The position numbers were made by a program, and so were the translations under genes. A stretch of DNA of 64,000 nt from the NCBI GenBank assembly GCA_963700155.1, contig OY969472.1:872690-936689 (forward strand). The letters run 5' to 3'. This DNA comes from an uncultured bacterium (lineage in GTDB: Bacteria > Patescibacteriota > Dojkabacteria > J137). The notes under the pieces are model-generated. The model did not search any database. It saw only the letters and a program-made list of their open reading frames with translations, and was not told where the DNA came from. Positions 48,764-57,467 of this stretch are shown here, piece by piece (positions within the stretch are counted from its first letter, which is position 1; each line of letters begins with the position of its first letter).

Positions 48764-50728
48764 ATGGATAAAATTAAAGAATTATTTAAAAAATATAGAA
48801 CTTATTTTTCACTCCTAATAATTTTAGGAATTGTACTATATCTTGTACTTCAACTTCCTGTGTTTATAGACTTTAATAATCTTATGGTTGATCCCCTTTT
48901 AGGGGATATAGATGCAAGAAAAGAGATAGTTGTTGTTGGTATTGATGATAATTCTTTACATCAAATTGGTGCTTGGCCGTGGACAAGAGATGTTTTTGCA
49001 AATGCTTTAAAAAATATTGATACTCAAAAACCAGCAGTTGTTGGTATAGATGTTTTATTTTTAGAAAATAGATCTGGAGATACTGAGTTTTCAAATATTA
49101 TTAAGAATGAAAATATTCCTGTTGTACTTGGGAGCAAAATTTCAGGAGATTCGATTCTTAAGAGTGTTTACGATGGAGAAACTAATGTATATTCAGGTTT
49201 TGTAAATTTTGCTCCCGATCGAGACGGTAAAATTCGTAATACACAAATATTTGAAAACTCAAATGGTAATTGTGAAGTTAGTTTTGCAACTGCATTATCT
49301 GCTAAATATTTCTCATTAGATCCAAATACTCTTTGTACAACAGATTTTAAGTTAAGAAATAATTCTTATCAGCTAATTTCAAATAATAGTCTACAGTTTA
49401 GTTACACACATCAATCATTCACAACAATATCATTTGCTGATGTTTTAAATAATAAATTTTCTGAAGATTTTTTTAAGAATAAAATAGTTTTAATTGGGTC
49501 AACAGCTTTAGATGTACGATCTGAACTTAATGATAATTTCACTGATATTTTTGGGGAAACAATTCCTGGAATTCAAATTCATGCGAATATTATAAATAGC
49601 TTTTTGCAGAATTCTTTTTTCAGTGAGCCTTCTACTCTACTGGTAACTATAATTTATATATTATTAACTATAATCTTTGCTTATCTTTTCTTAAGAGTTA
49701 CAAAGGCACTTTATGATTTCTTAATAATGGTTTTATTCCAGTTAATTAATTTTGTATTAACTTTACTATTAATAAGTTTTGGTATTATTCTTCCTTTTGT
49801 TCCTGTAGCAATATTTATTTTTGCTATTTATATTTTTAGCCTTGCATATAGATATCTAACAAAATCGAAAGAAAGCCAATATGTTAAAACTATTTTCTCA
49901 CGGTATTTAAATCAGAAATTACTAAACATACTTTTACAAAATCCGGAAAAACTTCAACTTGGAGGAGAAACACGAGAAATGACTGTACTCTTTTCAGATA
50001 TTAGAAGCTTTACGACACTTTCAGAAGGTTTAAAACCTAATGAGCTTATTGATATGTTGAATAACTATTTAGGCTATATGACAGAAATTATTTTAAATCA
50101 TAATGGAACAGTCGATAAGTACATTGGAGATGCGATTATGGCTTTCTGGAATGCCCCACTGGATGATGCGAATCATCAGACAAATGCTGTAGAGAATGCA
50201 TTAGCAATGAAGAATCAATTAGAGAAATTTAATGAAATAAATCCTCAATATCCAACGATTAATATTGGAATTGGAGTTAATTCAGGTGAAATGACAGTTG
50301 GAAATGTTGGAGGAGAAAATAGATTCGATTATACAGTTTTAGGTGATAATGTTAATTTAGGTTCAAGACTTGAAGGCTTAACAAAAAAATACGGTGTTGT
50401 AATTATCATTTCAGAGGCTGCAAAAATAGGGGTTAAGAATTCAAATATATTATTTAGACTTCTGGATGATGTTAAAGTTAAAGGTAAGAGTGAGTCAGTA
50501 AAGATATATGAACCATATTGGAAAGATAATATTGAACTTGAGAAGAAAGTTAAAATTTATACTGAAGGTTTTGAGCTATATCAAAAAGGGGAGTTTAAAA
50601 AATCAAAAGAAATTTTACAGAAAAATATCGAAGATAAACCATCAATAATGTTAATTGAAAGAATTGATGAACTAATGGTTAATCCACCAGAAGATTGGCA
50701 TGGTGTATGGAAATGGGAAGAAAAATAA
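48764..50728 (+). CDS. CHASE2-domain class III adenylate cyclase
   Basis: GAWPWTR, DRDGKIR, KIVLIG, PGIQIHA; 3 TM; FSDIRSFT, DKYIGDAIMAFW, DYTVLGDNVNLGSRLEG (Lys/Thr, ATP-type). Confidence 0.92.
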   Translation: MDKIKELFKKYRTYFSLLIILGIVLYLVLQLPVFIDFNNLMVDPLLGDIDARKEIVVVGIDDNSLHQIGAWPWTRDVFANALKNIDTQKPAVVGIDVLFLENRSGDTEFSNIIKNENIPVVLGSKISGDSILKSVYDGETNVYSGFVNFAPDRDGKIRNTQIFENSNGNCEVSFATALSAKYFSLDPNTLCTTDFKLRNNSYQLISNNSLQFSYTHQSFTTISFADVLNNKFSEDFFKNKIVLIGSTALDVRSELNDNFTDIFGETIPGIQIHANIINSFLQNSFFSEPSTLLVTIIYILLTIIFAYLFLRVTKALYDFLIMVLFQLINFVLTLLLISFGIILPFVPVAIFIFAIYIFSLAYRYLTKSKESQYVKTIFSRYLNQKLLNILLQNPEKLQLGGETREMTVLFSDIRSFTTLSEGLKPNELIDMLNNYLGYMTEIILNHNGTVDKYIGDAIMAFWNAPLDDANHQTNAVENALAMKNQLEKFNEINPQYPTINIGIGVNSGEMTVGNVGGENRFDYTVLGDNVNLGSRLEGLTKKYGVVIIISEAAKIGVKNSNILFRLLDDVKVKGKSESVKIYEPYWKDNIELEKKVKIYTEGFELYQKGEFKKSKEILQKNIEDKPSIMLIERIDELMVNPPEDWHGVWKWEEK

Positions 50729-50730
50729 AA

Positions 50731-51891
50731 TCAGTTTTCAATATTAATTTCTGTCAGTTTACCTATATCAATACTATCAATAATGTCGTATACCTGTTGA
50801 ATAGTATCTACATTTGTTACACAAAATAAGGGCATTAAACTGTAGAAAATACTATTAAGATTATTCACCAATCTATTCAACATCTCTCTATAACTAACAG
50901 CATCAATAGTATCTTCTAGATTGTAGTCATCGATATATTTTTTATTTAAGTTTAACCAGAAATCTGCTAATTTAAATTTAAAGTTGCTATCACTATTCCC
51001 ATTTGATACTAGATGATTATACAAATCAATTAGTGATTGATCACCTACCTCTCTAATCTCACTTAACAAATCAGACTCTGGAATTTGAGTTGGTTTAAAT
51101 TCTATTTTATTTTTTATTGATTGCCAGTTTGGAAACCTTTCTTCATCAAAAACAATATTTATTGATATCAAGTTTTCAATTAAGTCTGCTTTATTTCCTT
51201 TAAAAATATTGCTATTAATAATAAAAATAATTGGATCAAATATTGTATCAATTAAGTAGGATACATCTGAAAGTCCGAATGTATGAGTTGAAGTCCAAAT
51301 ATCTACAAGGTTGGTTATATATAATTTTATATGATCAAGTATCATCCTTTTTTTAAACTCTTCGATTAAACCATTATTTTCTATTGCAGTGTTTAGTTCT
51401 TTATATCTTTTTCTAGAATGTTCTATTATTTCAACACTAGGACTTTTACTTTCAATTCCTGTAGATTGTGAAACTTGAACATCAGAAGGATCATAAGATG
51501 AATTATCTTCTAAGTATTTTTCTAATTGTTTTAATATTTCTTCTAAGGTAGTCAAATCAGCATTCGAAAGATATTCTCCTAACTTGTTAAAATCTGATAA
51601 ATCACATAGCATTAATATCTTGTTTGTTGTATAGAAACATACTTGTGGAAGTGAGTTTTTAAAGGACGTTTCTTCTTCATCAAATTCTAATGCTAAATAG
51701 GAAACATAATTAAAAAAATCTAATAGGAGTTTAGCAAGATCTTGTCTATCCTTTTGCATAGTAAACATATTTTCTTCGCTAGTCCTATCAATTGTATCAG
51801 TTCTAAATTCGGCAAATTTTTGTATAAGTGCTTTGTAGAAATAACTTCTTTTTGGATTTTCTGGTTGAGCTCCGAGGATTTGATTGTTCAT
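50731..51891 (-). CDS. Hypothetical acidic helical protein, ends NIEN
   Basis: 386-aa ORF, no signal peptide. Confidence 0.75.
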   Translation of the reverse strand: MNNQILGAQPENPKRSYFYKALIQKFAEFRTDTIDRTSEENMFTMQKDRQDLAKLLLDFFNYVSYLALEFDEEETSFKNSLPQVCFYTTNKILMLCDLSDFNKLGEYLSNADLTTLEEILKQLEKYLEDNSSYDPSDVQVSQSTGIESKSPSVEIIEHSRKRYKELNTAIENNGLIEEFKKRMILDHIKLYITNLVDIWTSTHTFGLSDVSYLIDTIFDPIIFIINSNIFKGNKADLIENLISINIVFDEERFPNWQSIKNKIEFKPTQIPESDLLSEIREVGDQSLIDLYNHLVSNGNSDSNFKFKLADFWLNLNKKYIDDYNLEDTIDAVSYREMLNRLVNNLNSIFYSLMPLFCVTNVDTIQQVYDIIDSIDIGKLTEINIEN

Positions 51892-51986
51892 AATTGTTAC
51901 TAATAAAAATTGTCTTAAATGTTAACATGTTGTGACATCGTTAGACAATTCTAAAATATTATTAATAGAAAAGGTAAAATAACAAT

Positions 51987-52658
51987 ATGTATTTTCTATA
52001 TATTTTAAAATGTTCAGATAATTCTTTTTATACAGGTATAACGAATAATATAAAGAATAGAATCAAAGTTCATGAAAATGGTAAAGGATCGAAATATGTA
52101 CGTTCGAGATTACCTGTTGAACTAATTTATTCAGAGAAGTATAAAACTAAGTCTTTAGCATTGAGAAGAGAGATCGAAGTAAAAAGTTTATCTAAATCCG
52201 AGAAATTAAAATTACTTAATTCTAAAAATAATAAAGTTCATATTGCTATTATGAAAAAAAGTTGGAAAATGATTCCTAAGATTTTAACAGGAGAGAAATA
52301 TATTGAAAGTAGATGGTATAAAAATAAAGTTATTCCCTGGGGTAAAATTTCTAAAGAAGATACTATATTTTTCAAGGATTCAGGAGGAATGGTTGAAGCA
52401 TCAGCAAAAGTAATGAGAGTTTTACAATTTAAAGATTTAGATTGGGAGAAAACGCAAGAGATATTAAAAAAATACAATGATGGAATAAGACTTATTAATC
52501 AAAATGATAAAGAATTTTTTAAGAATAAAAGATATTGTATATTAATATTCCTAAAAGATATTAAGAAAGAGCTGAAGCCTTTTTTGATCAACAAAAAAGG
52601 CTTCGGCTCTTCATGTGCATGGATAACCGTTGATAATGTAAACCAATTGAAAAAATAA
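51987..52658 (+). CDS. GIY-YIG (UPF0213/YhbQ-like) nuclease fused to an ASCH/PUA-like domain
   Basis: YLYILKCSDNSFYTGIT...R...H..GKGSKY; then HIAIMKK...KILTGEKYIESR. Confidence 0.82.
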   Translation: MYFLYILKCSDNSFYTGITNNIKNRIKVHENGKGSKYVRSRLPVELIYSEKYKTKSLALRREIEVKSLSKSEKLKLLNSKNNKVHIAIMKKSWKMIPKILTGEKYIESRWYKNKVIPWGKISKEDTIFFKDSGGMVEASAKVMRVLQFKDLDWEKTQEILKKYNDGIRLINQNDKEFFKNKRYCILIFLKDIKKELKPFLINKKGFGSSCAWITVDNVNQLKK

Positions 52659-52659
52659 T

Positions 52660-52949
52660 TTAGAAGCTTATATCTCCAATATGTCCATCTTTAAATTCTT
52701 CGATTTCCTTATACCATTCTATAACACTACTTTTCAGAATCTGTTGTGTATTAGGATCGTTAACATAACTTTCCATTTGTTCTTTTGTTTCCCACAGTGA
52801 AAAACGTAATACACATCATCTTCACCTATTTCTTTAAAGGTTCTTAAACCAATTAATCCAAGAGATTCTCTAATATTAAATGTTGTTTTATTCCACTTGA
52901 CAAGATTCTGTATCTCATTACTTTTAACTTTTGCAAGTATTGCTACCAT
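52660..52949 (-). pseudogene. Frameshifted ABM/dimeric alpha-beta barrel-like small protein (about 96 aa if repaired)
   Basis: Adding one T in the T5 run at 52800-52804 gives ...DVYYVFSLWETKEQMESYVNDPNTQQILKSSVIEWYKEIEEFKDGHIGDISF*. Confidence 0.55.
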
Positions 52950-53007
52950 ATTTAGGTACTAAAAATAGATTTTAATAAAGAATTAAATTTTAAATGAAAA
53001 TTATTTA

Positions 53008-53145
53008 TTATAGTGTTCCTCTTTTCATGGCTTTTGCTAGCTTTTTAGCTTTTCTTGCTTCTTTAGCCTGTTTATTACTTTTAGGCTTCTTAGCATCCAT
53101 GTCTTTAGGTGTTTGTTTTTGATTCCCTTTATCTCTGTTTGACAT
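53008..53145 (-). CDS. Unannotated 45-aa Lys/Ala-rich basic protein
   Basis: MSNRDKGNQKQTPKDMDAKKPKSNKQAKEARKAKKLAKAMKRGTL; TATAAT upstream. Confidence 0.6.
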   Translation of the reverse strand: MSNRDKGNQKQTPKDMDAKKPKSNKQAKEARKAKKLAKAMKRGTL

Positions 53146-53286
53146 AAATAGGAATTAAAAAATAATATTATATACAGTATAAATTAAAATCGACTTTATT
53201 AAAATACGGTCCCGTTAATCTTTAAGATGGGTTAACGAATATTAATTTATGATAGAATAAAAATTAATACCTTTAATTGAAATCTT

Positions 53287-53706
53287 ATGCAAGAATCTGA
53301 TAATCGATTTTATAAGCTGCCATCTTTAGTTCTTTTATTCATAGGCTTAATTGATTTACTTCGTGGATTCTTGCATACATTTGCAGTGAATTGGGCATCA
53401 ACAACTTTTGCACATTTAGACTTAACTGTGGCAAAGGAAAATCAGCTATGGCTTCTCGGAGTTTTTGGGATTTCAAATATCTTAACTGGATTAATATATA
53501 TTTTAATAAGCAGGAAGGCTAAACATTTATCGCCCTATGTATTAGGAATAATTCCTTTTGCTTACTTAATTGGGATAGTAGGATTAAGAGTTTCAGGGAT
53601 TTCTCCTCAGTCAGATTTTGATGGTAAATATTTTATGATTATTTACTTGGGAGTTTGTTTATTAACTTTCGTATTGTTTGCTTACAATAAATATATTAAG
53701 AAGTAG
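53287..53706 (+). CDS. Hypothetical membrane protein (4 TM)
   Basis: Four hydrophobic helices; DLLRGFLHTF. Confidence 0.75.
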   Translation: MQESDNRFYKLPSLVLLFIGLIDLLRGFLHTFAVNWASTTFAHLDLTVAKENQLWLLGVFGISNILTGLIYILISRKAKHLSPYVLGIIPFAYLIGIVGLRVSGISPQSDFDGKYFMIIYLGVCLLTFVLFAYNKYIKK

Positions 53707-53900
53707 TTTATCGTAAACTTCAAATTTAGAATCTAAAACTTTATCTACTTTTATTGAATTCCTTTAAATGATTGTAGATTTTTTTCACTAAATAAATATT
53801 GTTCTGTTATTCTGCAGACATTACTTTTTTCGATTGAACTTTTCTAAGTAATAATTTAAGACAAATTTAAATATCGTTATCCGTATGTTATTATCTTTAT

Positions 53901-54815
53901 ATGAATATATTTGGTAGTAAGAAAAATCAACCCATTGATAATTCATTCAATGAATCAAATGAATTATTCGCAAAAGAACCAGATTTTAATCTGGATTTTT
54001 CAAAATATCCTGATGGATTTCCCGTAGAAAGACTTTTAAGAGTGCAAAATGGTATTGATTTTAATAATTATAATCCTCAATGGACAGGAGAAAGAGAATT
54101 ATATACTGCAGATGAAAAAAATGTTCGAATAGAGAATGGTGTTTTGGTTTTACAAGCAAGAGTTGAAAAAATTTCAGATCAGGGTCAGAATTTTATGCAT
54201 ACTTCCGGCAGAGTTGATACTCAAGCAGGTGAATTTGCATTTGCTGCAAAGTATGGAAAGTTTGTTGTAAGAGCTAAGTTGCCTTCAGGGATTGGGACAT
54301 GGCCTGCAATTTGGATGCTTCCAATAGGTGGTGCTGGGGAACTTATGGATCAGTTGAATCCAGAAGAACAATCATCAGATTTAAAATATCAGGCAGGTGG
54401 AGAGATCGATATTATGGAATTTTTAGGAACTGATGATGGAAAGTTTTATAGTACAGCACACACATTTCACAGCATAATTAATAGAATTCATAATTCTGGT
54501 GAGATACAACTTCAGGATTTATCTGAAAATTATCATGAATTTGGTGTTGAGTGGTTACCTAATAGATTAATTTTTACACTTGATAATAAAAGAGTTTATT
54601 CTATAGATAGAAATTCAGATGATTTCAGGTATTGGCCATTTTATAGACCTTTTTATATTATTCTTAATCTTGCAATGGGAGGTATTTGGAATGATCAGCA
54701 ACTTGGATTAAAAAAAGCACTTTATAGAGATGGGATAGATGATTCTCAAGAACAAAACTGGAAATTTTCAATTGCTTCAGTTAGGCATTTCCCATATTTA
54801 CCTAGTAGTGATTAA
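53901..54815 (+). CDS. Glycoside hydrolase family 16 (laminarinase-like)
   Basis: TSGRV, YGKFVVRAKLP, WPAIWMLP, GEIDIME catalytic motif, PFYIILNLAMGG. Confidence 0.9.
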   Translation: MNIFGSKKNQPIDNSFNESNELFAKEPDFNLDFSKYPDGFPVERLLRVQNGIDFNNYNPQWTGERELYTADEKNVRIENGVLVLQARVEKISDQGQNFMHTSGRVDTQAGEFAFAAKYGKFVVRAKLPSGIGTWPAIWMLPIGGAGELMDQLNPEEQSSDLKYQAGGEIDIMEFLGTDDGKFYSTAHTFHSIINRIHNSGEIQLQDLSENYHEFGVEWLPNRLIFTLDNKRVYSIDRNSDDFRYWPFYRPFYIILNLAMGGIWNDQQLGLKKALYRDGIDDSQEQNWKFSIASVRHFPYLPSSD

Positions 54816-54827
54816 AGTTTAAAGATA

Positions 54828-55724
54828 TTAATCTCCTACTCTTTCAGCAAAAAATACCACTTTTGCATCATAAGTACTTAAATCATTTGGATCGAAAACA
54901 TTAGGATCTGATGTAAAACCAACAATAGCACCATTATTTATACTACCAAAATAAGTTGGGTGAATTACTCTATCTACAGCAAAACCGCTTTTAACTTTAT
55001 AACTTTCAATAACCTTATAAGTCCCAATACTTTGCCCATTAACATTAAGAGAGAATACAGTTCCTACGTTTTCAGAAAGGTAAACTAATTGTTTTCCAAA
55101 ATCATAAAAGTTATGTCCCCAGAGCATATTTATTCCATAACTATAGTCAGTTGCATAACATAATCTTTCCCCAGAATCCTGAAAAGGAGAGCATGCATCT
55201 GCATTTAGATTAAGGTCAGGTATGTACTCAATACCATAAGTCCGATTTACTGCTATATATAAATATAAAGCATACATATCCCCATCTTTTACACCATCAC
55301 CATTAAGATCAACAACTGCCCATTGATTATACTCTCCCTCATATCCAAGTATTTTCACCATAGTTCCTCGTCTGTAACTTCTTATTATAGGTAACTCTGT
55401 ACTTGGTCCTGCTCTTAAATTCAATCCTTTTGAACTGACAAAAGCAGTAAGACCAAATGGAGATAATTCTTGTTCTGAACTATCAGAATATATCTTCCCT
55501 TGAATCGTAGTAATAATTATTAGAGCAGACGTTATTAACCTTTTTATTTTTAAAGGTGTTTTTTTTCTATGTAAATATTTTCTTAATACTTGTTCATATT
55601 GAATTATATTATTTAAATTCATGTCTAACTCTAAAAATGTAGATAGAAAACTAAGAATGTTATTAGTATTTTCAGGGAGATTTTCTGATTCTATTGATTT
55701 GTTTTCGCCGTGCTTATCATTCAT
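54828..55724 (-). CDS. Bacterial SH3 domain plus degenerate sortase-like domain
   Basis: LNLRAGPST...RGTMVKIL...W (SH3b); IPDLNL...GHN...F..L..L...YKV...FTSDP...KVVFFAE. Confidence 0.65.
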   Translation of the reverse strand: MNDKHGENKSIESENLPENTNNILSFLSTFLELDMNLNNIIQYEQVLRKYLHRKKTPLKIKRLITSALIIITTIQGKIYSDSSEQELSPFGLTAFVSSKGLNLRAGPSTELPIIRSYRRGTMVKILGYEGEYNQWAVVDLNGDGVKDGDMYALYLYIAVNRTYGIEYIPDLNLNADACSPFQDSGERLCYATDYSYGINMLWGHNFYDFGKQLVYLSENVGTVFSLNVNGQSIGTYKVIESYKVKSGFAVDRVIHPTYFGSINNGAIVGFTSDPNVFDPNDLSTYDAKVVFFAERVGD

Positions 55725-55947
55725 CCGCGGTTTAAGACAAAGTTTATCTATTATAGTATTTTACTAGAATTTTAAAGTGATTGAAACTATATTGCTGCCA
55801 TTAAAAAGGATATACCTATTATGTTCTAACATATTAAATAAGATAATCATTGCTTGTTAAACAAAAAACACTATTTTTTAATAGAAACTTAGAAAGATAA
55901 GAGTTATTATGGTAAGGAAATATATTTTTAATTTTTAGAATAAATTT

Positions 55948-56247
55948 ATGGAAGATACACAAGGTAAGGGATTAGATAAACTAATGAAAGCATCCCCTGA
56001 ATTACAGGCAATAGTAGGTCAAGAGATGATTTCAAGAAAAATGGCTATTAAAGGCATATGGGATTATATTAAATCAAATAATTTACAAGATCCTGAAGAT
56101 AAAAGAACTATAGTACCCGATGAAAAGTTAAAGAAAGTTTTTGGAGGCGAAGATAGAGTAAATATGATGAGTATCGCAAAGCATCTTTCAAATAATTTAT
56201 CATCTGTTGATGCGGCAGCTGATGACTCTATGCCTATGGCTGCATAA
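55948..56247 (+). CDS. Stand-alone SWIB/MDM2-domain protein
   Basis: SPELQAIVG...SR...IKGIWDYIKSNNLQDPEDKRTIVPDEKLKKVFGG. Confidence 0.92.
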   Translation: MEDTQGKGLDKLMKASPELQAIVGQEMISRKMAIKGIWDYIKSNNLQDPEDKRTIVPDEKLKKVFGGEDRVNMMSIAKHLSNNLSSVDAAADDSMPMAA

Positions 56248-56271
56248 GCTTTTGGTTTTGAAAATAATTTA

Positions 56272-56299
56272 AAAGGCGGGGCTAGAAAGCCCCGCCTTT
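56272..56299 (+). terminator. Intrinsic terminator after the SWIB gene
   Basis: AAAGGCGGGGCT-AGAA-AGCCCCGCCTTT. Confidence 0.75.
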
Positions 56300-56390
56300 C
56301 CTATTTAATTAAAGTCATAAACAATTCAAAATTTAGCAGTGTTAATAAATTTTTGATAAACTAATTATTATTTGTTTAAAATTTTAAAAG

Positions 56391-57398
56391 ATGGATAGTC
56401 AAAATACTCCTACTTTACCTATCGAAACTAAACCTTCCAAAACTCTTCTACAAAAATATTGGTGGGTACTATTGCTTATCGCTGTAGCTTTAATTATTGT
56501 TCTTATACTATTGGTACCGGGATTATTCAATCAGAACTCTTTATTAAATAATCAAACTTCTCAACAACAGGCTACAATTGAACCTAAATGGGTTGAACAA
56601 GGACCTGCAGTTGCTGGAAATTATGCTGATTCCGATGTTGTTAAGTTGGATAATGGTACATTTCGTATGTATTACGCAATTGAGCCTGAAGTCCCTGGTA
56701 ATAATCATGAAATTTATTCTGCTACTTCTTCAGATGGAAAGACTTGGACTCAAGAAGATGGAGTTAGATTAACAGGAGCTGCTTTTCCTGATGTGTTTGA
56801 ACTTCCAGATGGCACTTGGAGAATGAATGTACAAGGAGATAATGCAATTATAAGTTATAAATCTAGTGATGGCTTATCTTGGTCCAAGGAAAATGGAGTT
56901 AGAATTGATACAAAGGAAACTGATTTTACAATTGATAGAGTTGCTGCACCGACAACTCTAAAAGTTTCTGATGGACTTTATATTATGGTTTATGTTGGAA
57001 GCTCTTCGACTGAAACTTATAGTACTTTGGGACCAAATAGTGGTACAAGCTTATTATTCTGGGCAACGTCTGCTGATGGTTTTACTTGGATAAAGAAAGG
57101 CATTGCAGTTGATTCCAGAAATGAAACTCTTTTAGGAAATTTAGATGGACCAGATTTATATATGTCTTCTGATGGAGTTATCCATTTGTATTTTTTTGAC
57201 TATCTAGGAATTTATGAGAGTACTTTCTCAAATGGCGTATTTAGTGATCCAACATTAGTTTATCCTGCTCCTAATCCTGATAATAATGCTTTCCCTTCAA
57301 ATCCACCAGGTGATCCAAGTGTAATTGAGATTGATGGGACTTTGTTTATGTACTATGGATACCATACTAAAGGGATTTATTATGCAATAAGAGAATAA
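56391..57398 (+). CDS. Membrane-anchored beta-propeller protein (Asp-box; GH32/43-like fold)
   Basis: TM; repeats SSDGKTW, SSDGLSW, SADGFTW; DGT.RMYY-type blades; GDPSVI. Confidence 0.7.
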   Translation: MDSQNTPTLPIETKPSKTLLQKYWWVLLLIAVALIIVLILLVPGLFNQNSLLNNQTSQQQATIEPKWVEQGPAVAGNYADSDVVKLDNGTFRMYYAIEPEVPGNNHEIYSATSSDGKTWTQEDGVRLTGAAFPDVFELPDGTWRMNVQGDNAIISYKSSDGLSWSKENGVRIDTKETDFTIDRVAAPTTLKVSDGLYIMVYVGSSSTETYSTLGPNSGTSLLFWATSADGFTWIKKGIAVDSRNETLLGNLDGPDLYMSSDGVIHLYFFDYLGIYESTFSNGVFSDPTLVYPAPNPDNNAFPSNPPGDPSVIEIDGTLFMYYGYHTKGIYYAIRE

Positions 57399-57467
57399 TC
57401 ATATTGCGTTGCTTTACTAAAATGGTATATTAGTAGTAAGCCATTATTTCTTATTCCTTTTTTTAAC

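Noticed and set aside
51928-51950. CRP-like site TGTGA near the cyclase locus
   Set aside because: The second half-site does not match TCACA at 6-nt spacing
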